Shown: positions 1 through 13,100, counted from the first letter of the stretch. The stretch: 64,000 nt of DNA from Paraphysomonas bandaiensis (GCA_965644295.1 CBFFRP010000333.1:1-64000), one strand, 5' to 3'. Notes: a model not told the origin generated them from the sequence alone. Numbers and translations: made by a program.

Positions 1-2491
1 TCACCCATAACTAACTGCTCAAAAAACGGTCGACAGTTACGTTTTTTTCAGTTATTGAGTTTGATAATATTTCAGGAAATCTCTCAATTTCACCACGACT
101 GCACCCACACACCCTTCCAAACCGACTTGACACTGTCACTCAGGTCACAGGCTTCCATTTGCATGCTTAAAATATCTCATTCATACTCTATGTCCAATAT
201 TAGAATGATGCCAACACAGTGGTCCCAAAATTTTCGAGGTCTGGTGGCGTGCAAAATATATATTTTGCATTTCACCTCAAACGAACTCCTTATTTCGTGG
301 TAAGTATCGCAACATCACTGGTGACAATCTCACGTTGGGTATTTTTATTTAAGGGCCTGCTTGTTTCAAACATGGCGATTAACAAAAGATCAAAATCTGT
401 CAGAAAATCATCCCGTGGAAAGAGGTCTGCAGTGGATACAATGCACGGTCAAAAGGGCAGGAAGAATAGAGAGAAAAGAGAATTACGTGCAAGGCGACGT
501 CCAGTAGGGATAGAGGAAGAATTAGTCCAAGAAGACCCTGAGGTGGTGGAGGAAAAAGCAGAAGTTCAGTGTGACTTCAGAGACAGGGCTGTTGCCATTC
601 GGGAGGAGCTATGTCGACCTCAGGGCCAATTGGCATCATTCGATGATGTTGTTAATGTCTTACGCATCTATTCTAATGTTATTATGAAGAAGAGAGCAAG
701 CAATCACACCGCAGCCATTAAATTTACTGCTGACGCATTACAGATGGGCGACACGACTGTTAGACATATCATTCAGGAGTATGACACAAATGGTCAAGAA
801 GTGTACTGTACCCCGTGCAGTATAGCACCAACTCGAGGTACAGGCAGCAAGGCCTATGTTTATGAGCACATGAAAATTCAGAAAGAGATGCTTATTTCAT
901 GTCATGACTACATTATGAATGAATTGCGGGATGGTGTAAGGCATACATATGCGGACCTGCATCGGAATCTCGAGAACCAATTTGACATCAAAGTGTCATA
1001 CACCGCTTTACGAAAACGAATGTGTTTTGACTTTGATTATGTTAATGGTGTCATTCCGTATAACACTACTTCAGTAAAAATAACACTGCAAATCCGACGA
1101 TTTATGCTGTTGTATAGTGGTACGTTATTGTTGAAGAAATTATGTTATTTTATATACAAAAACCGATGATGATGTATGTGCTGTGATACCGTAACATTTA
1201 TTACTTGTTATGGTGTGTATTAACATTAGCGTCTCTACAGATGCAATTAAAAAGGAAAAACAAGGGAGTGCCTGCATTGCATACATGGATGAGACATGGG
1301 TGTGGAGATATCATAGCAGGAAGACTGGCATAGGACCCAAAGGAGTGACACGGCAAGGAACAAAGTCGTCTAAGGGAGATCGTTTGATAATTGTCGATGC
1401 AATTACTTCTGATGGTGCAATTCGTTGGCAATTAGAGAATGAAAAAGGTAAATTATGGTCGACGTTGTGGTCCTTCCTCTATACAAAATCAGGAGACTAC
1501 CACACTGCCATGAATTTCGAGTCGTTTCAGAAATGGATTAACTGTTGTTTTGTTCCAACATGGAAGAGAAAGTATCATGGTACCCCTTGCATTCTAGTAT
1601 TGGACAATGCCCCCTACCATATGGGAGGCATGATTAACCCACATCGTCTCAGCAAGAGTGAGTGTACGCTGCATTTGCGCAAGTGTCTGCCTAGGGGGTC
1701 CCGTATTACTGTCAACAGGAATGGCACGCTGCTTCAGTTTGAAGTGCCTAGGCATGGAGGGTTTCCAAATTCTCCAGCAGGTCCATCTCTCAGGGAGCTT
1801 CAAGAGGCTGTTCACGACATTCTAGCTGATTACAAGCCTCGCGACTTGCTGACTTGGGTAGAATGTCGCTTTGCAGAGCTTGGTTGGGAGGTGATATTTA
1901 CCCCACAACTTACATGTGTAATTTCCAACCGATAGAACTCTACTGGGCAAACATCAAAAATAGCATTGGACGAAGGTACTTTTCTGGTAGAGACATGAAG
2001 TGGATACAAGACTTCTTCAAAAAGCATTCTGTAACCATTAAGTGTGATTCTTTGGTTAGACATGCGCATGATTGTATGAATATCTGGCTCAGACAGGATA
2101 ATTTGTTGGGTGGTGTGTATGACAATGTAACTGTACCTGACGATGACATTAGAGAGAATATACTAGCAAATAACCCTAAGTTTATGTCTGAAAAAGAAAT
2201 GGAAGATATACAGAACCCATCTGAGGTGGCTGTACACTTCACTATTCACAGGAATGGTGATATGGATTAGGGCCATATTTTGTAAGGGTAAAAATCACGA
2301 ATTTTGAACTGTTCACTTTCACTTATCTTAACGGTATAGTAAAACGGCTAGTAGGTAGAAGCTAAAACTTTGTCTCATATATCTTTGTGACATAAGCTTT
2401 CAGTGCATATGCTTACTTTTTAAGACTTATGTCTAGTTCTAGAAATATACTTGCTGATATTAGGAGCAGTTAGTTATGAGTGAACGAACTG
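1..2491 (+). mobile_element. IS630-Tc1-mariner DNA transposon (Sailor-like long DDE spacer); left TIR cut by the window edge
   Basis: 1-20 tcacccataactaactgctc is the inverted repeat (1 mismatch) of 2464-2483 gagcagttagttatgagtga. The right end continues acgaactg to 2491 and is followed by TA (2492-2493), the Tc1/mariner target. Encloses a DDE transposase. Confidence 0.9.
372..2270 (+). pseudogene. DDE transposase with one intron (1120-1240) and a 2-nt frameshift at ~1906
   Basis: ATG 372. GT..AG intron 1120-1240 joins LLYS-D-AIKKEK in phase. Motifs YMDETWV and VLDNAPYH. Removing an extra 'ca' gives FTPTYMCNFQPIELYW, matching the family motif FLPPYSPELNPIE.W. Stop at 2270. Confidence 0.85.
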
Positions 2492-2724
2492 TAAGTATAT
2501 GAAAGTAGTTCCGCTGTGAAGTGTTAAATTCTCACATCAGTCGTAATCGTTGAAGGAGAAATCATATAACCACCGGAATTCCAGGTGAGATACTATACAC
2601 GTGTAGATTAGAGCATTGTAAACCTAAAAATAAAGTGGTTAGAATCAGTGTACCTTCCCTCTTTTCTACTTTCTACGTTGGTTGTCTAAAGTGATAGAGT
2701 AAGACATGTACTATTGAATTATAC

Positions 2725-2784
2725 CAGGGCTGCGCATCAATTATCAATTACTTGTCAATTAAATGACGTAGGTTGTAGTTAATT
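2725..2784. mobile_element. hAT terminal fragment (same family as 7183-8847)
   Basis: cagggctgcgcatcaatta..cttgtcaattaaatgacgtaggttgtagttaatt aligns to the reverse complement of the 8847 end. Confidence 0.75.
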
Positions 2785-2861
2785 TACACCTTAATCTCCC
2801 TTTGAGCGCTTTTTCTGGTTCTATACACCTTAATCTCCCTTTGAGCGCTCTTTCTGGTTCT
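2785..2861. repeat. 39-bp tandem duplication covering the copia polypurine tract
   Basis: tacaccttaatctccctttgagcgctYtttctggttct starts at 2785 and again at 2824. Confidence 0.85.
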
Positions 2862-3006
2862 CCTCTACTTCATTAGAAATATTCTTTTTCTCCCCAGTAA
2901 TCTTTTCTTCGTGGAGTTTAAACATCTTTGAAGGTAGCGCTTTCGTGAATATATCGGCAGTCATGTCTTTTGTTGAGACATGTATCAACCTGGCTGTTAC
3001 CAGTTG
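2830..3006 (-). mobile_element. Ty1/copia RNase H C-terminal remnant plus polypurine tract
   Basis: Minus-strand translation QLVTARLIHVSTKDMTADIFTKALPSKMF…GD* contains the copia ADIFTKAL motif, followed by the purine tract AAAGGGAGA. Confidence 0.8.
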
Positions 3007-3469
3007 TATTTTATTTAGATATGTTTGGTTCTTTTGTGGTATACTAGTTTTCCCAACAAGTCTTTTGCACTCTTGCTATCCATAGTCCATCAACTACCTA
3101 ACCCTAAACGCTATCTTCAATAAATGTGCAGTCCCATCGCATGCATTTCAATTGATTAGAAGAAGTACCTTGTACAGTTATGTAGGATTCATGATAGAAA
3201 GTATACATTCTACACTCTGAACATGAAAGTACGTATAGGTTTCATTAGAATATGGAGCTTACATAGAATTTTCTCCTCGGTTCAACAAAATACACTTTTA
3301 GAACATAAAATTTGCTTTTGGGGGCCTTACTTTCCGCAAGAAGAATAGGTTTTACTATACGCTGAACACACAACTATTCATTCACTTACTTCCAACACAT
3401 TCGCTTTTCATTTTTCATTCATAATTTCACGACATACTCAACTTAGCACACACCGATCCACTTAAAATG

Positions 3470-4460
3470 TGATCATTCATGCAATACACACACCATTTAC
3501 TACATGCTCATGTACTGTGCATCCCATATGGCCACTTACTATGCACTCTCCCATTAAGCGGGCTGCCTTCATTATCACCATTACTTCATCTAACCATTTC
3601 AAGATGCGGATGCACATGATGTCGCAAGGGCGGTTCGTGTTCCAGAGTTTCAATTGCACATCGAATGGGACTGTCATCGCAAAGAGCTCGCACTAAGAGA
3701 TCTATACATATCTATACTAAACAAAGTTGTGAATTTAAAACTGACACTGACAAACGCTTCATTATAACTAACGTGTATAATATAGTAACAACATATGTAT
3801 AAAACAAATAGAACTTGCATGGATAACAGAAAATCAATCGGACCAAGATAATTACCATTGGTTGGCGTTGCTGTTAGTGTCATTGTCCTCGCCTTCGAGA
3901 GTTGTACCAGCTCTCTTCTTATCCTTTCAGCTTCTTTACGATTCCAGGAGAGCTCCACCGTCTTGAGGAGCAACTCTCTCATCTACACGCCTGACGGTAT
4001 TGTTTCGTCCTGCAACAACTATTACTATTGAATAACATTATAAGAAATATATACCTTATTCAAAAGGATAACAACATCTGGAGTGAACTCATCAATGACT
4101 GACTTCCTTATTTATTTCCAGTGTTGCTTATTTCTTCCAAATAGTTTCAGAGTTGATTCCAAAGAGTTCCTTAATGTATGTGTGTGTGTATGTATGTATG
4201 TAAGTTTAAATCAACACCCACTCTTCACCTTTCACAATCTGATCAATAATTATGGTTCCTGCCGGAATATACTCGGTCAGGGATACGCTTTCACTGATGT
4301 AGATGTGAGTGCTTTCATTGTTGACCAGGAGTTCGGCGTGTCGTAAGAAGTTTCACAGACATGTTTCTCCAAGCTCTGTTATCGTCGTGCCACGGGTCTC
4401 CATGCCTGCCAAAGCAATGGCAAGCTTCTGCCAGTGCTTGAGACTATAAATCATTGCGCC
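3470..4460 (-). pseudogene. Degraded multi-exon gene of unknown (possibly TE-accessory) origin
   Basis: Protein-like segments (LKHWQKLAIALAG…CL*NFLRHAELLV…; DETIPSGV*MRELLLKTVELSWNRKE…) with splice-like junctions, interrupted by in-frame stops. Confidence 0.4.
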
Positions 4461-4733
4461 CGGTTCTGTTCATCAGGTGCATGACTATTGATGAAGCCCC
4501 ATTGTGTAAAAATGTCTTCCACTCTCGATTTCTGTCTGACGAAGACAAAAAGACATTTTGTCGTTCGACGGATTTCTGTCTTTTGTCCTCCCATAATTCC
4601 TGCTTTTCATGCCAGGAAGACAAAATGTCTTCTGTCTTTTTGTCTTTTGTCTCACTATAATGCATTAGCTAGTGGCCTATTTCCCCTCTAGTATGACCGC
4701 TGCGCTGGGCAAGTGGAAGAAGAGCGAGGTCTT

Positions 4734-6491
4734 ATGTTACTATTGCTAATATTGGCAGCGCTGATTCACGCGAATTCCATTGCATTTGATGCCAACCGTC
4801 TATATGAAATACAGTTGAGCACCACCGCCCTCGGATGCAGCAATAAGTCCATAATCACCCTTGAGCGCGAAGATTTCCATCCAGGCATATGCTCATACAC
4901 ATACGAGGAATCATACTACTCTCCAGAGGCAATCATTAGAAGATCTGTTCGGGGAACTCATGTTAGAAGCGACAATGAGACCAGGTATGTTCACAGCGAC
5001 GTCAACAAGCATCGTATTGGTCGTGTACTGAAAAAAATTCGTGATTCTAATGAAGATGTGTATATACACGTGCTTGGGGGGTCATTCACAGCTGGACGAT
5101 TGAACGGAGAGTATGCAGGAGCATGGCCAAAGAAATTACACGACTTATTCCGAATTTTTGGTCCGTCTAAGTCGCAGTCACAGCAAGATACTGTGACTCA
5201 GAGAGTAGTTATCGAGAATCATGCCGTAGGGGCTACTACCTCTGCCTGGGTACTGGCCTCTCTCCCTGAAATCCTTCCTTTAGATATGCGCTGCGATCTC
5301 GTCATCATTGACTATGATATCAACGACGCTGCTGCCACTGAAACTAGTGCCCACGATAGGAATAACCTCCTCTCCACAACAGAGGTCCTTATCAGCAGCA
5401 TATTGAAACATCCCGCCCAACCAGCGGTTGCTTATTTGCACACGTGTGTCAGTTCCAAAGGTTCAGGACACTTAACTCCATTTTGCCATAGGTATAATAA
5501 AGAGTACTGTTTTCACGATTTTCGCTCTCCGTTGTTGCGAACATACTCTGTACCAGTTGTAAATACTCGTGATGCCATATGGGAAACATTTCAATGCTAT
5601 CCCCCAGCATATCTATGGCCATGTGGGCATATGTGTGCGCACCCACACAATCCTGCCCATGTTCTTACAGCTGATCTGGTTTTCGGCTTTTTAACAACTC
5701 TCTCCTTTTCCCACAATATCAGTTTGTATCTGAACGCGTCAAATTTTAACTTTCCTTCTTCCTCCGTGTGGAATCTTTCTGCTGTAACAAGCAAACTGCA
5801 CGAAATTAGTCATCCGTATAGCCACTCCCATTTACATTCTCGTCAACTTGATATCCCATATCTCCACCCCGGTTCTACAGATGTCAACTATACTATGTGC
5901 CACACTTTTCTTTCGTCCTATGGTCGTGATTACAATCAGAGTAAAAATGACGGCCAGGCGGTGTTTCGTTCCAATAGTAGCTGCTGGGAATATTACGAAG
6001 ACGTTAAAGGAAAACCTGGATATATTGCTCTAGATTGTTTTGGCGACAGTATTTATTTTGTTGTGAAATTCGGTGCAGTACCAAAATTAATTTTCGCAGT
6101 AATGCAATCTTACACCCCCGAATTTGGACGCGTGGAAGTCTCCATATGTCGAATAGTTAACGGTACTAACAACAGCGCGAGTTCGAAGAATACATCTAAT
6201 GTAGAGAGCGGCAGAAATCCCCATGAAGAGTGTATCAATAGCGAATTATATAATATTCTGGGAATGCTAGACGGATTGAATCTTGTGAAGGGGCCTGTTT
6301 CACAAGCAAAAATTTTCCCTTATGGAGTGGGTTGTCCAAAAACAATGCATTCAACAGGCTGGGCCAAGCCGAGCATATTAGCCCCATATGAAGAGTATTC
6401 TCTAAAAATTACATTGGTGACAAACGAGCCAGAAAGATCGGTACCTCGAACTGGGAGAAAATTCAAAATTATGTCGTTGAGTTCGTGTTGA
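4734..6491 (+). CDS. Secreted SGNH/GDSL-like hydrolase (intronless)
   Basis: Signal peptide MLLLLILAALIHANS. Block I VLGGSFT, block II NHAVGATTS, block III DYDIND, block V-like CAHPHNPAH. Confidence 0.7.
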   Translation: MLLLLILAALIHANSIAFDANRLYEIQLSTTALGCSNKSIITLEREDFHPGICSYTYEESYYSPEAIIRRSVRGTHVRSDNETRYVHSDVNKHRIGRVLKKIRDSNEDVYIHVLGGSFTAGRLNGEYAGAWPKKLHDLFRIFGPSKSQSQQDTVTQRVVIENHAVGATTSAWVLASLPEILPLDMRCDLVIIDYDINDAAATETSAHDRNNLLSTTEVLISSILKHPAQPAVAYLHTCVSSKGSGHLTPFCHRYNKEYCFHDFRSPLLRTYSVPVVNTRDAIWETFQCYPPAYLWPCGHMCAHPHNPAHVLTADLVFGFLTTLSFSHNISLYLNASNFNFPSSSVWNLSAVTSKLHEISHPYSHSHLHSRQLDIPYLHPGSTDVNYTMCHTFLSSYGRDYNQSKNDGQAVFRSNSSCWEYYEDVKGKPGYIALDCFGDSIYFVVKFGAVPKLIFAVMQSYTPEFGRVEVSICRIVNGTNNSASSKNTSNVESGRNPHEECINSELYNILGMLDGLNLVKGPVSQAKIFPYGVGCPKTMHSTGWAKPSILAPYEEYSLKITLVTNEPERSVPRTGRKFKIMSLSSC

Positions 6492-7182
6492 GTGCAGTTA
6501 AATCAGGTGTGATAGCATATATAAATTATAGAATGTTAAGCATTATGGTTCTTATTATTTTTCTTTTTTCTAATAATTTTGTTTTCCCTAGGATAGTCAC
6601 TGACCTATTAGGATTCATTGTAATATATGATAGTATATGTGAAGAAATATAATGTTCAATGAAATATATCATGAACTGAATTAATGATAGTATCTGTTGA
6701 AGATACTTGAGCGTAATACTTCTCATCATAATGATCATGTTTATTAGTTATACTTCTAACTATTCCCTTGTGCTATGTCATAGCTATGTTCTGCATTATT
6801 ATTCACTTTTCTACATTATAGTGTTCATTGTTCATCACTTTACATTCTAATAGTCACAACATTCTTATTGTCATAACTAAGCTTAAATCTACATTTGAAT
6901 CAATACTTCGATATTCTAAATTATTTAGAATGTAATATTTTAGTAAGAAATAGGGAATAATAGTAGTATAAAGATCTAATCGCACCATTACTGTAGCCTT
7001 CTCAAAAGAAGTATTATTACTTGTGAATAGCTCACTATGTAAATAAGATCACACTTAACACTTATCATATCATGATATAGAAATGAATCCTGATGTAAAC
7101 CCAATTTAGGCAATTGTCATATCAATATAGAAGCATCAGGCGCACATGGTACATTGCTAATCTGATGCTATGTGGTATACAG

Positions 7183-8847
7183 CAGGGCTGCGTATCAATT
7201 AATTGTCAATTATTGAAATTTCAATACTTGAAATTGGGACATCATATCATAATTGCAATTATAATTGACTTCAGCTCGCTTCAAAACCCACCTTTTCATT
7301 CTAAAAAGATATTAAAAATTTCAATTTTTAGGATAAAATTCGAAGATTGGTGAAAGACTATAATATTCGTAGGGTTACCTCACATAGTAGTTTAATTAAT
7401 TAGCGATATTATATTGAAAGTCTTGTTAGTTAGCAATAGGCGTTAAGAACTTGCACCAATAGTGGCTAGTTGAATGCTAGACAAACTACTTAAGCCTCTA
7501 CCCATAACTAATCAGCACAAATTCTATTATCCTACTATTTAGCGCTACAGAAGCTGCTTGTGCGTCGCCGCAAGCACCAAGGTGCGACCACTTCCGTTCT
7601 TAGTGTTGTTTGTGAGATTCGCCCTGCTCGTGTGTCTTAGGACTCACTGGCGCGTGTTGTCCGGGGGCCTCCCCTTGGGATAAGGTTCCACCAGGTTCTG
7701 GGGCACAGGGTTCTGCATTAAGGTCCTGAGTGTACCGAGCACTAGATGTGTGTGCTGAGAGGTGGATGGTGTGGTGGAATGTGGCTTTGTCGCCGTGCAT
7801 GAGCGACATACTGGCACCAGAAGTCATTGCACGAGTGTTATTTGAGAAAGAAATAAGATTTAAAGCTAGTCTTGGTATTTAGAAAAGATACACTTGGTAT
7901 TATTAGAGATAAAGATTGAATGATAAGGCCTAATAGCAAGTCACATTTGAGCAGAGCGTTACCACCACGCACTTGTGCGTAACTTGTACACAGTCGCGTA
8001 TCATATATAGTTCGGTAATTATTCAGTCTATTAGATATTTCATTGTATACATGTATGTATGTGTTGTATTCACGCGTTAAGGGATTTACGTGAATCAATG
8101 AATCTTAATAGAAAGTAAATGATAATAACGAAGAGGAGCATGCCAAGCTCTTGCAGTACGGGAGGAATAGGAATTGTTTCAACTAGTGCCCTTACAATTA
8201 CAAAGTAAGATTAACACCAGCTTGACCTCCACGACGTTTGTACATTGTTTGACGAACTCATCATAAGGCACCCGATTGTTGAGCGTCTGGGCGACAGTGC
8301 TGCTACTATTCATAACGCTGCTTTTGAAAAGGCAGTCGTGAAGATTCAATGTGGCAACGAAGCCGTAGCTCGGACGGCAAAAGATCAAATTAAAATACTT
8401 TTGCTTGATGAGGAAGAAGAAGATTATGATGGTGCGAGTCTAGTACTGAATGACGACGCAGCCCAACGATTGATTGATGGTAGCAGGCAACGGAAGCGAG
8501 CACGCCTTAGTCAGCAAACTCGTTATTGCAGCACGAAACGCTTGCATGCCACAACGAATACGGCTGAAAAGTTATTCAGTAGAGCTACGATGGTTATAAC
8601 GGGCTTGCACAAGAGCTTGACTCCTCAACATTTACGAGCTACTTAGTATGTTTTTACGCATGAATCGTCGCCTCTGGAATGACAGTTGAGGTAGCTATAT
8701 TGGCAGCTAGTGTAGTTTAGTACTAAATAATTGCCATTAATTGCAGTTAATTACAATAATTGAAATTGAGACAGCAAGTAATAATTGCAATTATAATTGA
8801 CTACAACCTGCGTCAATTAATTGACAATTAATTGATACGCAGCCCTG
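7183..8847 (+). mobile_element. Non-autonomous hAT element with perfect 8-bp TSD
   Basis: TIR cagggctgcgtatcaattaattgtcaatta at both ends. TSD GTATACAG at 7175-7182 and 8848-8855. Remnant 8245-8646 encodes HATTNTAEKLFSRA…SLTPQHL, resembling the hAT dimerisation domain. Confidence 0.92.
7415..8042 (+). repeat. Dispersed repeat family X, copy A (nested in the hAT element)
   Basis: Shares tagcaataggcgt and tcctac…gctac.gaagctgcttgtgcgtcgccgcaagcaccaag with copies at 13747, 37250-37400 (minus) and 45481. Confidence 0.7.
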
Positions 8848-9844
8848 GTATACAGTATACAGGTATTTACCACTTTGTAGAATGTTATTGTATTTATGCA
8901 AATAGTGCATTCACGCAAATAATAATAATACTCCTTAATTCTCACACATATATCACTTATACTACTCATCTACTCCAAGGAAGTAAATAGATATCAAGCC
9001 AATCAAGGTGAACGTTTTAACGATTTTGCTTTCAGTGAAATAAAACGAATTCTGATTGTATGTTGACTGTTCCCATCATCATTGCAGTAGTCAGCGTTGT
9101 GAAGATGATACCAGTCAGCGGTTTTGAAGTATATCGGTGAGTATCTGCTCGTCGGAGAAGTAGTCGACAGTCATCTGCTAGCAAAGCACGAATGATATGA
9201 TACGTGATTTCGATGTGCATTGTGCATCGATGATGAGTAAGGTTATGAGCCTATATAATGCCTATTTCTGGATCCACAGCGCTTCGTAGATAGCTATCGT
9301 GAGGGCCATATACTCATCCTTGATGACAAGGCAACGCTGAGATATTGTCAGCTTTACCATGAAACGAAACAAGTCCCAATGAATAAATCATATCCGGCAG
9401 AATATCGCCAAGTAAAGATAGTGTCGTCTCAGTTATTGCCTGAGCATTTGGATAAAATCATACTGTTGTCATCATACGTTACCATGACGGTACGACTCTG
9501 CTATCATCTTTTGTTGGAGGGCACATTGACGGGCCTTGCAGGTCGTTATATTGTACGAGTCTCTGAATGGTGCGACGGAGTTAACTGCATATGCCATATC
9601 AAGGGCCATTCGGCTACCAGAGTAAGACTAACAAATACACTCAAGAGTAGGAACTCTCTGCAATGGTGGTCTGGATCTGCTGTGTATGTATGTACGATAT
9701 GAACATGACCAGACATGCCTGTAGTCGACAGGCAGGATATACTGTACACTGTACCTACACAGTCCTGCCGTATACTGGTTGGAATACTGCTGCATATATG
9801 ACGAAGTGAAACGTACCTGTCAGCAGCACGTATCTACAGCAGTA

Positions 9845-9886
9845 CATACATACACATACATACATACATACATACATACACATACA
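9845..9886. repeat. (CATA)n microsatellite
   Basis: Direct reading; immediately follows TACAGCAGTA. Confidence 0.85.
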
Positions 9887-10162
9887 GTCATACCATCCAG
9901 GCTGGAGCATACAGCAGATCTGCTGCTGTGTATCTGCTCAGCTCACTCAGTTAATCACACACCAGTTCCACACAGAGCCTAATTATGACACCTCTATAGG
10001 TACAGGGAGAGAGCCATGGGCTGCTCTGTTGCGAAGCGTGATTAGCTATTTCGGTGTACAGTTAATGAGTGTGTATGTATTTGATGTCAGCGTATGCACT
10101 GAGAGATCTTCAAGTTAACGTATAGCATATCTTATCATTCATTCCTTCAGTTCTCTGCGGTG

Positions 10163-13100
10163 ATGGAGCAATCTGACTCACGTGTGGAGGATGTAGATAG
10201 CGCTATCAAAGCATTTAACGATAAACTGGACATGTCGCGTAGAGGGGATATCGGAATAGGGATCCGCAATAATAAGAAGTCATCTGTTGATAGGACTGAC
10301 GAGATAGTGCGCAGTATTCTTACTAATACAGGTATATTACGATGTGAGTGTGGATTATAATATAGTGTTGAATATACTGTGTAGTGGGTGGTGACTTCAA
10401 CGATGACCAAACTCATAAAGAAGTAGTTCGACGGGGTAATCTCTACGGGTGTGGGACACATGGCGTTTCCAAAATAACGAAATCTGTCTCGAAGCGACAG
10501 CCTTCTAATGCAAAAATGTATAAATATAAGCACGACGATTGGTTAAGTGCAGAGATGAAATTGTGGAATTCACACCACTTCAAAGACTTGGGTGTGAATC
10601 GAATGGAGAACTACTCGCACGCATACATCAGCCTCCCTGAACTACAAACGTTGTTGAAAGTGGCTCTGCAAACGAAGTTTTCTACTCGAGAGGTGGCAGC
10701 CTTGGTAGGAGAACTACACGTAACCGAAGTATCACTTGGGGAAACTTCCATAAACTACAAGAAGCTGTTGATTGAGCTCAAGCGACTGGGTGTGTCTAGC
10801 CAATATTTCTCCATCTCACCATAACATGTATTGAACAGGAAATATTGTACGTACGAATGAGCAACAACTATTGCGGATGGAGCACGAGTCACAATACCGT
10901 CTTAGGCAAAAGCGTGGAGGAAATTTAGAATATCAGCAACTCATCGAGGAACCGCCACATTTGGACCCGACAACGCTTTGCGGTGTATTGCGGGTAATCT
11001 CAGCAGCGTGCCAATCCCGATGGGCCACCGAGAGAAAACATTTTATTCAGATGCTCAGGGAAGTACCGACCGGAACATTGGAGGTGGAGCCTCTACGTGA
11101 ATTCCTGGGGTATAACATAGGTGCCCGTGTCACTCAGGATGAGGCGGCACAACTAATTCGTTTCATCAACGGATCCGCTGGGCAACCTGCTCCTGCTGTA
11201 TCCATCGCGGCTTTGGTGAAAGATCTAAAATTGCTGGCGTTGGGGCGACCCTGCTTGATGTCCCCTCCAGATGAAGGTCGATACGACGTTTGGCGCAAGA
11301 CGGTTGCAGGTGTCGAGCAGCTGTTGCTTGAGCGGCATGGTAGGAAATATGACTGTGGAGGATCAGTCGGAACAACAGTAGAGGAAAACCGAGGTGTACC
11401 TGCAATCGTTGATGACGATGCGGTCTCTGTTTCTAGTTTGGGTAGTACCACAAGTAGCATACATATAAGTCACTCAACCGAGATTGCCTGCAAACGTCGA
11501 ATTCCATGTAAAGTGTACAAGGGAAACATCAGACCCAAAGCGTTGGCGTCACATGCAAGTGTGAAGACTGGACAAGTGGTGCCTCTTACAGAGAAAAATA
11601 TTGCCAGCATTGCTAAGGATGCGGAAAACCTTTCAAGTAAGTAATGCAGTTTGAAGCGGAAATAATACTGGAAAGTAATGCAGTGCAGATGGTAGGTACC
11701 CATCGTTTGCGAAAATGACATCAATAGCGAATCGTTCCACGGAATCCAATGTTAAATTTAATGACTCAGTGGAATACTCACGAGATGTCAATATGTTCAC
11801 TCACAATGAGTTGCAGAGGTACTGGAATGAATAGATTATATACTGTGATAATATGTACCAGCGAGGGGTCATTTTCTGGACACAAGCTGGCCCTTCCCAC
11901 TCCCGCTGGCCTCAGAGAGCCAGCATCACTCAGAGGTACGTGCTATTTCGCGTACACTGTAAACGATTTGATTGCCGTTTTATCAGGATGCGGGAGTGCG
12001 GTTATGCGGGCAAAGACTCCGATGTACCTCGTACGACCTGTTAATGCCTCTGACTCCTTATTAGGGAAATCCAGTTCATTAGTGCGAACTAGATTGCCCT
12101 CTGTCTCAGGTACTCAATCGGTGTCGTCACTGACTTCACAAGGGGACGCCAGTCATACTAGTGGACAAAGCGTCAAGACGAAGACGTCGAAAGCTAGACG
12201 ACGGAAGACACTTCGGGACCGCGATGACAAGGTTGCCCACGAGATAATACGTACAGAGCTTGAGTTGGCTGCTCTGGATGAGAAGGGTTTGGGACTCAGG
12301 TATTCCAAATTGTTTTTGTTAGGGTAAACGGTAAAGTGTATATAGGTTTCAATTAAGGCCCAAGGTACTCGGCGAGTTCTTACGATGCTATAAACACTTT
12401 ACCCGCATGTCAATGGATGAGATCCTGCTGGCTCTCTGGGAGGAAGTGCAGGAGCAATATGGGAAAGGAATCGAAATTCTTGGTGATGGCGGGGTCATGA
12501 TCAATCGGCAGGTATTTTAACTTTTTCTACCGAATATATAGCAAAAATAATCTTGTTCAAAGGGATTTTTTCGAGTAGTTAGCCACGCCGTGCACGCTCT
12601 AGAGACTGCGGATGTGCATACACTATTTTCCACCCTAGACCCATCTCGGAGGGGTTATGCGCCCTGCCATTTACTACACGGTCTGGGAGTTATGATACAG
12701 CTCAGACAAGGTAAAACAGTTTAAAATGACATTCTTTACGTGGGTCAGTGTAGTTCGGATCAGGTACTTCGGCTGAAGCAATTGCGCGCGCGTTACTGCG
12801 TGGGGCTGTTTGGGAACACCTGAACTCCCGAGAAAATGCAGACCCGTCTATAGTGAGCTCTTTGTCTACAAGTAATACTATATTTTATGACCAAATTAAA
12901 GAACGAAAGAAACGTGCTGAGTCTGTCGTTGAGGCAGAGCGGTCTACTTCCACCACGGCTACAACCTCGTCATCTAGTGCTGCGAAAGGCGTGACGCCAA
13001 GAGATATAGCGGCAGAGATGAAGCGCCAGCGCGAGGCAGAAGACGACGCAATGTACAAATCGTATCTACCTCCTAGCACGGTATCAGCGTGCCTCCGTGC

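Noticed and set aside
2270-2463. Fanzor/TnpB cargo or guide RNA in the Tc1 element
   Set aside because: No RuvC or zinc-finger ORF seen in the element or elsewhere in the window.
4340-4360. In-frame TGA after Cys-Leu as selenocysteine
   Set aside because: The same remnant also has in-frame TAA/TAG stops, and I saw no SECIS or thioredoxin-like context.
6534-7060. Solo LTR (tgttaag…cttaaca)
   Set aside because: No TSD and no homologue seen in the window; AT-rich chance match possible.
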